DNA of 59,851 nucleotides from Gemmatimonadaceae bacterium. GTDB taxonomy: Bacteria; Gemmatimonadota; Gemmatimonadetes; Gemmatimonadales; Gemmatimonadaceae. The notes below the pieces were generated by a model, which ran no database searches, was not told the origin of the DNA, and saw only the letters and a list, made by a program, of their open reading frames with translations. The stretch's first letter is position 1. The number at the start of each line of letters is the position of its first letter. A program made the translations under genes and the position numbers. The stretch is taken from assembly GCA_016741895.1 (NCBI GenBank), contig JACVCT010000001.1:1-59851 (forward strand), read 5' to 3'. Below, one piece after another: positions 47,392 to 55,205 of the stretch.

Positions 47392-48270
47392 ATGTCCAGC
47401 GCCGATCCGCTCGCGGGCTTGCCCTTCGTCAAGATGACGGGGTCGGGCAACGACTTTGTTTTCTTCGATGCCAGAACGGTGCCGCTGGCGATTGTCACGA
47501 CACCTGAGGCGATACGCCGTATCTGCCATCGCCAGAATGGGATAGGCGCTGATGGCGTGGTTGTTCTCGAGCCGCTGGGCGGCGGCAGCGATGTGCGTGT
47601 GCACTACTTCAACAGCGACGGATCCGCCGCCGATCTCTGTGGGAATGCCACGCTCTGTTCCACCGCGCTGTCCACCGCTCTGGGCATGACGAATCCCTCG
47701 GGCATGGTTCTCGAGACCGGCGCCGGCGCCATCGTCAGCCGGATTGCGTCCACCGATATGGGGGGCGGCAGGCCAGCCATCGACCTGCAGGCGGTCACGG
47801 ACATCCGGGCCAGCATGCCCATCGAGCTGGCCACAAACGAGCAGCGGGTGGGCTTTGCCGTGGCAGGCATCCCGCACCTCGTCCTGCTGACGCCGGATGT
47901 CGATCAGGTCGATGTGGCGGCACGGGGCCCAGGTCTGCGCTGGCACCCCAGCACCGGCGCCGCCGGAGCGAACGTCAATTGGGTTTCGCCGCTTCCTGGC
48001 GGTCGCTGGCGCTACCGCACCTTCGAGCGCGGCGTGGAAGGGGAGACGCTGGCCTGCGGAACGGGCGCCGTGGCCACAGCGGTGCTCCTGGCGCGCTGGG
48101 GGCTGGCAGCGCTGCCGGACGTGGTGCTGGAGACCCGCAGCGGGCTCGATCTGCGGGTCACGCTTGCAGAAGCGGGCGGCGAGGGGGCCGGGTACCGACC
48201 TACCTTGAGCGGTGAGGGCCGCGAGGTCTTTCGCGGCACCATCGGGTCGCTGGGCCCGGTTTCGGGCTGA
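47392..48270 (+). CDS. dapF: Diaminopimelate epimerase
   Basis: KMTGSGNDF, GIGADG, CGNA, ERGVEGETLACGTG. Confidence 0.96.
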   Translation: MSSADPLAGLPFVKMTGSGNDFVFFDARTVPLAIVTTPEAIRRICHRQNGIGADGVVVLEPLGGGSDVRVHYFNSDGSAADLCGNATLCSTALSTALGMTNPSGMVLETGAGAIVSRIASTDMGGGRPAIDLQAVTDIRASMPIELATNEQRVGFAVAGIPHLVLLTPDVDQVDVAARGPGLRWHPSTGAAGANVNWVSPLPGGRWRYRTFERGVEGETLACGTGAVATAVLLARWGLAALPDVVLETRSGLDLRVTLAEAGGEGAGYRPTLSGEGREVFRGTIGSLGPVSG

Positions 48271-48279
48271 TTCGGGGCG

Positions 48280-48323
48280 CCAAACCGCGTCCCAATCGCG
48301 GCCAAATCGCGGCCAAAGCGCGG
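48280..48323. repeat. 11-bp tandem repeat, 4 copies (consensus CCAAATCGCGG)
   Basis: CCAAACCGCGT CCCAATCGCGG CCAAATCGCGG CCAAAGCGCGG. Confidence 0.8.
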
Positions 48324-48559
48324 CCTGATCGGCGCCGGCGTGCCGCCGGAAATGCCCCGGGAATTGCTCTCGGTTTTGCGTCGGCGCGATCACGACGACC
48401 GACGCCGGATTGGCGGAGAAATGCCGTTGTGGCCGGTCCACTGGGCGCCCGGCACACGACGATGTCGCCATGCATGTCAGAGGCCACGAAATTGTGCTGC
48501 GCGGAATGTGGACAGGTGGACAGTCCGAACGGCGGGCACAGTTGGGGTGCCTGCGCACT

Positions 48560-48577
48560 TTGACCGGAAGCGGTCAA
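48560..48577. promoter_or_regulatory. Perfect inverted repeat TTGACCG-N4-CGGTCAA (possible protein-binding site)
   Basis: Read directly from the sequence. Confidence 0.35.
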
Positions 48578-48631
48578 GTCATTTACTGACAACGACCTAC
48601 GGCACCTGAGGGGATATCAGGGAGATTTCAA

Positions 48632-48658
48632 CGTGGACTTTTCCCACAGTTATCCACG
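48632..48658. promoter_or_regulatory. DnaA-box-like cluster
   Basis: TTATCCACG 48650-48658 (8/9 to TTATCCACA), TTTCCCACA 48640-48648 (7/9), opposed GTGGAC 48633-48638. Confidence 0.45.
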
Positions 48659-48664
48659 GTGCTT

Positions 48665-48692
48665 GGTTTACATAACATGTATTATACGCACT
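48665..48692 (-). other. dif site (XerC/XerD chromosome dimer resolution)
   Basis: Minus strand AGTGCGTATAA-TACATG-TTATGTAAACC versus E. coli GGTGCGCATAA-TGTATA-TTATGTTAAAT; genes and KOPS-like octamers converge here. Confidence 0.8.
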
Positions 48693-48783
48693 AAATGCTT
48701 TGAAAAACAACGATCGACGTCGCGTTAATGACGCCCTACTGATCTTGTACTGCACACTCCCCTGCAGACCCGCTTACCAGTAC

Positions 48784-48816
48784 AAGAAACGGCCCGATCG
48801 ACGTGCGATCGGGCCG
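48784..48816 (-). terminator. Rho-independent terminator of the YfgM-like gene
   Basis: 11-bp perfect stem CGGCCCGATCG/CGATCGGGCCG followed by TTTCTT on the minus strand. Confidence 0.75.
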
Positions 48817-48845
48817 CGCTTTCCTGCTCAGGACTCAGCCGTTCT

Positions 48846-49511
48846 TCAGGGCTGCTTGCCGGCAATTTCACCAAGCCGGACCTGCGCTTCCTGCTGCACC
48901 TGCGTGCCGTCGAGCTGCGCCAGCGACTCCCAGATGGGCTTGGCCTCGGCCGCCTTTCCGGCCGCCATCAGGCTGCGAGCCTGCGCCGCCTGGAAGGTCT
49001 GCTTCTCGGTCTCGAACCGGGACGCCGCGGCCGCCTTGCCATAGGCCTCGGCGGCCTTGGTCATGTCACCCTTGAGCTCGTAACCCGAAGCGGCCATGGC
49101 GTGCAGGCTGGGCTTGAACTCGGCACTGGCCGACCCCACCGCCTGTTCGGCCGCCTTGATGCCCTCGTCGTACTTCTTCTGCTCGAAGTACACCTGCGCC
49201 AACATGAGCGTGGCCTGCTGGCCCGAGGCGGTGCTGCCAAACCCGTCGGCCACCTTCTTCAGGGCCGTTTCGGCCTCTCCGAACTTGCCCTCGACAAAAG
49301 GCTGCTGCGCCGTGTACAGCGCGGCCGACGCCTTCTCGCGGGTGGAAGCCGTGGTGCTCCGGTACAGGAACACGGCCGCAGCCGCCACGGCCGCTCCGCC
49401 AAGCACCATGGCGATCGGCTTGCTGTTCACCTGCAACCAGGTGGTGAGCGACTCGATCGGATCGTCGCTCAGGGAGGCCGAAGAGCCTGCGGTACGGGGC
49501 GCCTGCGCCAT
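48846..49511 (-). CDS. Single-TM TPR protein (YfgM-like)
   Basis: One TM helix (IAMVLGGAAVAAAAVFLY) followed by TPR-like helices. Confidence 0.75.
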   Translation of the reverse strand: MAQAPRTAGSSASLSDDPIESLTTWLQVNSKPIAMVLGGAAVAAAAVFLYRSTTASTREKASAALYTAQQPFVEGKFGEAETALKKVADGFGSTASGQQATLMLAQVYFEQKKYDEGIKAAEQAVGSASAEFKPSLHAMAASGYELKGDMTKAAEAYGKAAAASRFETEKQTFQAAQARSLMAAGKAAEAKPIWESLAQLDGTQVQQEAQVRLGEIAGKQP

Positions 49512-49599
49512 GCGGGTAGCCAACGGATAAAGGATGAGGACCATGGTCCGGTGCACGCAGGAGTGGCTCGCGACGCCCACCGGTACCGCCTAGTCCTGA

Positions 49600-49608
49600 A
49601 AGATAGCA
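49600..49608 (-). promoter_or_regulatory. Extended -10 promoter (TGCTATCTT) for the YfgM-like gene
   Basis: TG-n-TATCTT on minus, right after the hairpin 49611-49633 that follows the tRNA. Confidence 0.4.
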
Positions 49609-49648
49609 AACCGGGCGCCTGGAAGGCACCCGGTCCGATTGCATTGCA

Positions 49649-49723
<75 letters not shown>

Positions 49724-49747
49724 TGGGTTGTCGCACCGACAAATTAG

Positions 49748-50356
49748 TCAGCTGGCCACAAGGGCGTCCACCGGATGCGAAACACGTGAACGGCCACCCA
49801 GTGCCGGAATCTCCAGCAGCACGGTCACCCCCACCACGGTCGCGCCGAGTCGTTCGCACAGACGGCAGGTCGCCATGGCGGTACCGCCAGTGGCCAGCAC
49901 ATCATCCACAACGAGGGCCCGCGGCGACGGGTGCCCGGCAAACGCGTCGCGATGCATCTCGAGAACATCCTGCCGGTACTCGAGCGTGTAGGCCTCCTGC
50001 TCTGCATGCCAAGGCAGCTTGCCCGGCTTGCGGGCAGGCACAAAGGATACGCCAAGGGCGAGTGCCAGCGGCGCCCCGAAAAGAAAACCGCGACTCTCCA
50101 CACCGACCACGTGGGTCACATCCGACACCGCAGCTGCTGGCGCGTTGGGCGCGGCGTCTGCATCGAATCGCCGGTGCGGGTCGGCCATGGCCTGCACCAC
50201 GTCGGCGAACAGCGCGGCGTCCGCCAGCAGCGGTGTGATGTCCTTGAACAGCACACCCGGGGACGGAAAGTCCGGGACATCGCGGAGGGTGGCAAGAATG
50301 CGGGTGGCGAGGACTCGGCGGTCCACCACGGCGCGACCTGTGACTGTCTGGGGCAT
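49748..50356 (-). CDS. apt: Adenine phosphoribosyltransferase
   Basis: PDFPSPGVLFKDITP, ESRGF, RKPGKLP, VDDVLATGGT. Confidence 0.96.
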   Translation of the reverse strand: MPQTVTGRAVVDRRVLATRILATLRDVPDFPSPGVLFKDITPLLADAALFADVVQAMADPHRRFDADAAPNAPAAAVSDVTHVVGVESRGFLFGAPLALALGVSFVPARKPGKLPWHAEQEAYTLEYRQDVLEMHRDAFAGHPSPRALVVDDVLATGGTAMATCRLCERLGATVVGVTVLLEIPALGGRSRVSHPVDALVAS

Positions 50357-50394
50357 GAGCTGGAATGGATGAAGGCCGCGCGGCGACCGCCAAA

Positions 50395-50676
50395 CTACCG
50401 CAGCACGCTAAACGGTTGCGGCAGGTCGTCAATGAGGACGGGCCCCGCGGGCTCCACAATCACGGCGTCCACGCGCGAGCCGGCCGGCCCTTCGCGCAGC
50501 CTCGCCTCGAAAGCATCGAGTGATGGGCCCGGCCCCGCCGCCACCGCGCGAACCCGTCCATCGGGCTCGTTGCGCACCCACCCGCGCAGGCCGTGGCGAC
50601 GTGCCTGTTCGCGCGTGAACCAGCGAAAGCCCACGCCCTGCACCAGACCTTCCACCACAAACGCGCGCACCAGCAT
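50395..50676 (-). CDS. acyP: Acylphosphatase
   Basis: GLVQGVGFR, GWVRNEPDG. Confidence 0.95.
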   Translation of the reverse strand: MLVRAFVVEGLVQGVGFRWFTREQARRHGLRGWVRNEPDGRVRAVAAGPGPSLDAFEARLREGPAGSRVDAVIVEPAGPVLIDDLPQPFSVLR

Positions 50677-50708
50677 CTAGTCGTGACCTGCCGCGCGCGT
50701 GTGGACCA

Positions 50709-51710
50709 TCAGCGCAGACGCACGCCGAGCACGGCTGCCAGGGCCGCGACCAGTGCCGCCGATTCACCCATGCGCCCGTCGAACTCCGGGACCGTCAGTT
50801 CGCCGCTGCGCACGCGGCGCGCCAACATCTCGAGGGCCTCGGCGGCCTCGCTGGCCCGGCCCACTCCCGCATCCTGGGCGGCATCGCGCGCCACCTGGGC
50901 CGCCCGCGCCCGCTCGGCCCACTGCGACGACGAGTCCACCGCCTGCGACGACATCGGAGTGCGCAGCACGCGCCGCACCGGCATGATGTCCATGAACTCT
51001 TCATCCGACCACGGCGCCATGGCCCGATGCTCGCTGTTCGGCGACGTGGCCACTGGTGCTGCTCCCCGGGCAGGCGTCACGGGGATTTCGGGACCGTGCG
51101 ATGCATCGATCTGCTGGGACAGTCGCTCGAAATCCGGGGTGGCCTCGTCCAATGGCCAGGTGTCTTCCACGACGTCAGCCACCGGCTCGGGTGACAGCTC
51201 GGCCACCGGCTCCGGAGACAGCTCGGCCACCGGCTCGGGTGACAGCTCGGCCACCGGCTCCGGTGACTGCTCGGGCTCGACCGCCACGATCTCGGTCACA
51301 CTGGCCGTCACGTCGACGAAGGTGTGCTCCGCTGACGGCGCTGCGTCCTCGATCGCCAGCATGGGCAGCGGCGGCGTGCTGGCCAGGAACGAATCGATCC
51401 ACGGCAGATCATCCGATTCCGCCGTACCCGTCTCGGCCTCGACCGGCTGCACCCGTTCGGATTCGCCCGCGACCGGCAGCGCCATCATCGGAGCCGTTGG
51501 CGTCAGCTCGGCCACCCGCTGCGGTTCGGCGTCCGCTCGGCGCCAGGCTGCCGGCACATAGGGTCCGGCCTTCGTCGCGTCCAGCTGCCCGCGCGCAAAC
51601 TCCAGCGCGGCCGCGGTTGCGGCGTTCGGTCCGACGTACGGACGCGGCGTGGCGGACGGCTCGCTCATGGGTGAATGCGGATCGGTGGAAACGCGGGCGG
51701 GAACGGCCAT
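50709..51710 (-). CDS. Hypothetical acidic Pro-rich disordered protein with helical C-terminus
   Basis: Co-oriented ORF filling the pcm-acyP gap, with an in-frame 8-aa repeat (start 51710 or 51668). Confidence 0.7.
   Translation of the reverse strand: MAVPARVSTDPHSPMSEPSATPRPYVGPNAATAAALEFARGQLDATKAGPYVPAAWRRADAEPQRVAELTPTAPMMALPVAGESERVQPVEAETGTAESDDLPWIDSFLASTPPLPMLAIEDAAPSAEHTFVDVTASVTEIVAVEPEQSPEPVAELSPEPVAELSPEPVAELSPEPVADVVEDTWPLDEATPDFERLSQQIDASHGPEIPVTPARGAAPVATSPNSEHRAMAPWSDEEFMDIMPVRRVLRTPMSSQAVDSSSQWAERARAAQVARDAAQDAGVGRASEAAEALEMLARRVRSGELTVPEFDGRMGESAALVAALAAVLGVRLR
51178..51273 (-). repeat. 24-bp coding tandem repeat, 4 copies (SPEPVAEL)
   Basis: Plus-strand unit GCCACCGGCTCGGGTGACAGCTCG with mostly synonymous variation. 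Confidence 0.92.
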
Positions 51711-51779
51711 GGGAGATCCGGTCGAGGAATCGCGAAGTTGGCGCAGGAATGCCGCGGGCGCAATTCAGGACCGCACCGA

Positions 51780-52436
51780 TCAGCCCGGCCAGCCCCCTGC
51801 CCCAATCAAGGGGACGAAGCGGACCGGTGTGATGTCACGGCGTTCGAGCCGACCGCCACGCTTGGTGAAGAGGGTCAGCATCTGTTCTTCCCGGTCCCCG
51901 ATGGGAATGAGCAACCTGCCCCCTTCCGCCAGTTGCTCCTTGAGGGCCGGCGGCACATGCGGCGCTCCGGCCGACACCACGATGCCGTCGTAGGGCGCAT
52001 ACTCACGCCAACCCAGCGTGCCATCCCCGAGCGAGAGGGACACGTTGCGCACATTGGCCTGCTGCAGAATGGGCCGCGCGCGGTCCAGCAGTTCACGGTA
52101 ACGCTCCACCGAAAACACCTGCGCCGCCAACTCGGCCAGCAAGGCCGTCTGGTAGCCGGAGCCGGTGCCGATCTCCAACACCTTTTCCTTGCCGGTCAGC
52201 TGCAGATGCTCGACCGATCGGGCATGCACCGACGGCTGCGAGATGGTCTGCCCGTTGCCGATGGGAAGTGCCGAGTCCTCGTAGGCCCGATGCCGCACCG
52301 TCTCCGGCACGAAGATGTGGCGCGGGACCATGTCCACCGCGCGCAGCACCGCGAGATCACGAATTCCCTTGTCCTGCAGTGTTTCCACAAGACGCCGTCT
52401 GGCGCCGCGGAACTCCGGCTCTACGGGGCTTGCCAC
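51780..52436 (-). CDS. pcm: Protein-L-isoaspartate O-methyltransferase
   Basis: VPRHIF, GQTISQP, LEIGTGSGYQ, VRFVPL. Confidence 0.96.
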   Translation of the reverse strand: MASPVEPEFRGARRRLVETLQDKGIRDLAVLRAVDMVPRHIFVPETVRHRAYEDSALPIGNGQTISQPSVHARSVEHLQLTGKEKVLEIGTGSGYQTALLAELAAQVFSVERYRELLDRARPILQQANVRNVSLSLGDGTLGWREYAPYDGIVVSAGAPHVPPALKEQLAEGGRLLIPIGDREEQMLTLFTKRGGRLERRDITPVRFVPLIGAGGWPG

Positions 52437-53179
52437 CAGTCGGTCGCGGTGTTGAGCACGTCGCGGTGCGTGAGATCGAGATGCAGCGGGGTCACGGAGA
52501 TGTAGCCGTCCTTCACGGCGCGGAAGTCGGAGTCGTCACTGCCACTCCACTCCACCGTGCCGCCGCCAATCCACAGGATGTCGCGGCCCCAGGGGTCCTG
52601 CATCTTCTTGATGGAGTCACTGAATACGCGGCGTCCGAGTCGCGTGAGCCGCACCCCCTTGATGTCCGGCCCGGGCACGGCTGGCAGGTTCACATTGAGC
52701 AGCGTATCCGCGGGAAACTGGGGCAGCGATGTAAGGTGATGCAGCAGCGAGCGCACCTGCCCCACCTGGGTATCCAGCACGGCATCCGCGCGCAGCACGC
52801 TGCCGGCGAAGGACAGCGCGATGGACGGAATGCCAAGCGCGAGTCCCTCCATGGCGGCGGCCACGGTGCCGCTGTACAGCACGTCCTCGCCCATGTTGGG
52901 GCCGTGATTGATGCCACTGATCACGAAGTCCGGCTGCTGCTCCAGCAGCATCTCGCAGGCCAGCATAACGCAGTCGGTGGGTGTACCGTCCACCTGCCAG
53001 CGGCGCTCACCCAGACGCACGGGACGCAGCGGGTGATGCAGGGTGAGCGAGTGGCTGGTCGCGCTCTGTTCGCGATCGGGCGCCACGACATGCAGTTCGC
53101 CCAAAGGATCACAGGCCTGCTCGAGCACCGCGAGGCCCTTGGCGAGAATTCCGTCGTCGTTACTGAGAAGAATGCGCAT
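52421..53179 (-). CDS. surE: 5'/3'-nucleotidase SurE
   Basis: ILLSNDDG, GTPTDC, SGINHGPN, YSGTVAAA. Confidence 0.97.
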   Translation of the reverse strand: MRILLSNDDGILAKGLAVLEQACDPLGELHVVAPDREQSATSHSLTLHHPLRPVRLGERRWQVDGTPTDCVMLACEMLLEQQPDFVISGINHGPNMGEDVLYSGTVAAAMEGLALGIPSIALSFAGSVLRADAVLDTQVGQVRSLLHHLTSLPQFPADTLLNVNLPAVPGPDIKGVRLTRLGRRVFSDSIKKMQDPWGRDILWIGGGTVEWSGSDDSDFRAVKDGYISVTPLHLDLTHRDVLNTATDWWQAP

Positions 53180-53194
53180 GAGGGAGTTGAGAAA

Positions 53195-53569
53195 TCAGCG
53201 CCGGTCGTCCGGCGTATCGTCCAGCAGGGCTTGCAGTTCCGCCAGTTCACGCTCGATGCTCTCGAGCACTTCCACTTCGAGTGCTGCGCGAGCTGCGGTA
53301 CGGATGGCACCACCTTTCCGGTGTTCATCCAACTTCTGACGGGCCCCGTCGATGGTGTACTTCTCGGTGTACAGGAGGTGCTTCACCAGCAGGATGAGCT
53401 CGACCTCGCGGCGTGAGTACACGCGATTGCCGCTGCGATTCTTGGCCGGGCTCAGCACCTTGAACTGGCTCTCCCAATATCGCAGAACGTGTGGCTTGAG
53501 CTCGGTCAGCGCGCACACGTCGCCGATGGAGTAGAACTCCTGGAGCAGTTCCCCGCGCGGCGAAGCCAC
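53195..53569 (-). CDS. Short MerR-family HTH regulator
   Basis: YSIGDV..KPHVLRYWE..GNRVY; resembles the MerR type often found beside ihfA. Confidence 0.9.
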   Translation of the reverse strand: MASPRGELLQEFYSIGDVCALTELKPHVLRYWESQFKVLSPAKNRSGNRVYSRREVELILLVKHLLYTEKYTIDGARQKLDEHRKGGAIRTAARAALEVEVLESIERELAELQALLDDTPDDRR

Positions 53570-53571
53570 GA

Positions 53572-54576
53572 TCAGTCGCGCTCCGGTCGCAGTTCGCGCG
53601 CCATGAGCTCCGCCACCGCATCACGCGGCGACTGCCCCTCGAACAGAATGCGATGGGTGGCGTCGATGATGGGCATCTCCACCCCGGCCTTGTCGGCCAG
53701 CGCCTTGGCGCTCTCGGTGTTGAGCACGCCCTCGGCCACGCTGTCCTTGCCGGCGAGGGCCTCTTCGAGCGTCTGGCCCTGCCCGATGGCAACGCCCACC
53801 GCACGATTGCGCGACAGCGCCCCGGTGCAGGTCAGCACGAGATCACCAAGACCGGCCAGCCCCGCGAAGGTATCCGGCTTGGCCCCGAGGGCCACGCCAA
53901 GTCGCGTCATCTCCGCAAGCCCGCGTGTCATGAGCGCCGCGCGCGGATTGAAGCCAAGCCCCAGACCATCGAGGATGCCCGTGGCCACAGCCATCACGTT
54001 CTTGAGCGCACCACCCAATTCCACACCGATCACATCATCGGAGGTGTAGACCCGAAAGACCGTCGCACTGAGGGCACGCTGCACCAGCTTGGCGGCGTCG
54101 TGGGACGCGGCCGCGGCCACGATGGCTGTGGGCTGCCCCCTGGCGACTTCGGCGGCGAAACTGGGCCCGCTGATGGCCACCACCTCATGCTCCGGAGCGG
54201 CCTGTTCCACCACCTCGGTCATGAGTGCCAGCGTTTCCCGCTCGATACCCTTGGTGGCCACCGACAGCACGGCGCCTGGTGCCAGCGCGGGCTGCGAGGC
54301 CTGCACGACCAGACGCAGCACATGCGAAGGCGCAGCATAAACCACAAGGCTGGCGTCACTTAGCACATGCGACATGTCGTTGCTTGCCAACAGCGCGGGC
54401 GTCAACGGCAGGTCGGGCAGAAAGCGCCGGTTCTCGTGCTGCGTATTGACCGACTCCACCACATCGAGCTCGCGTGCCCACAGCATGGTGGGCCAGCCGT
54501 TGCGCGCAAGCAGATTGGCAATGGCCGTTCCCCACGCGCCGCCGCCCACGACGGCACAACGCATCACGCCGTTCAT
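53572..54576 (-). CDS. gpsA: NAD(P)H-dependent glycerol-3-phosphate dehydrogenase
   Basis: GGGAWGTA, SGPSFA, GGALKN, GLGDLVLTC, SRNR. Confidence 0.97.
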   Translation of the reverse strand: MNGVMRCAVVGGGAWGTAIANLLARNGWPTMLWARELDVVESVNTQHENRRFLPDLPLTPALLASNDMSHVLSDASLVVYAAPSHVLRLVVQASQPALAPGAVLSVATKGIERETLALMTEVVEQAAPEHEVVAISGPSFAAEVARGQPTAIVAAAASHDAAKLVQRALSATVFRVYTSDDVIGVELGGALKNVMAVATGILDGLGLGFNPRAALMTRGLAEMTRLGVALGAKPDTFAGLAGLGDLVLTCTGALSRNRAVGVAIGQGQTLEEALAGKDSVAEGVLNTESAKALADKAGVEMPIIDATHRILFEGQSPRDAVAELMARELRPERD

Positions 54577-55205
54577 GACACGCTCCCCGCACCGCCCGCG
54601 CGACCGAGGCGACGTTCTTCACCGCGGCGCAGACGCCCGATGTTTTCGCGATGCGCCCAGATCACAAATGCAGCGATTGCACACGACACCGCAAAGAGCG
54701 GTGAGCGGGGCCCGGCGGTGAACAGGAGCACGGACGCCAGTGCCACGGCCGCCACCATCGAGCCCAGGCTCACGTAGCGCGTGGCTGCCACCACGAGGGC
54801 AAAGACTGCAATGGCAATGGCCGTGGGCAGTGCGGCGAGCGCCATGAACACACCGCTCGCGGTGGCCACGCCCTTCCCTCCTCCACGGCCCAGCAGAAAG
54901 ATGGGTTTGACGTGGCCCGCGATGGTTGCCACCCCAAAACACACGCCCCACGGCCAGCCCGCCGACACGCCCAGTGCGCCGGGCAGCAGCAGCGTGGGCA
55001 GCCAGCCCTTCAGAAAGTCCACGAGATACACCAGACCACCCCAACCCCAGCCCAGGGTGCGCTGCACATTGGTGGCGCCGAGGTTGCCCGACCCCACCGT
55101 GCGCAGGTCAATGCCGTTGGCACGGCCCACGAGGTACGCCGTCGGAAAGGACCCGGCCACATAGGCCAGCGCCACTCCACCCGCCAACATCGACGGCGTT
55201 GCCAT
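54573..55205 (-). CDS. plsY: Glycerol-3-phosphate acyltransferase PlsY
   Basis: GSGNLGATN, GGKGVATA, HRENIGRL. Confidence 0.96.
   Translation of the reverse strand: MATPSMLAGGVALAYVAGSFPTAYLVGRANGIDLRTVGSGNLGATNVQRTLGWGWGGLVYLVDFLKGWLPTLLLPGALGVSAGWPWGVCFGVATIAGHVKPIFLLGRGGGKGVATASGVFMALAALPTAIAIAVFALVVAATRYVSLGSMVAAVALASVLLFTAGPRSPLFAVSCAIAAFVIWAHRENIGRLRRGEERRLGRAGGAGSVS

Noticed and set aside
48280-48323. CRISPR array (also considered for 51178-51273)
   Set aside because: Repeats are contiguous without spacers, no cas genes; the second is an in-frame coding repeat.
48271-48845. Calling this region oriC
   Set aside because: Flanking genes and KOPS-like octamers converge rather than diverge, no dnaA/dnaN/gidA nearby, few and imperfect boxes, and the AT-rich core matches dif.
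48340-49075. Short ORFs in the dif region (48340-48609, 48200-48592, 48700-49044, 48803-49075)
   Set aside because: No recognisable motifs or RBS; they overlap dyads, the terminator or real genes on the other strand.
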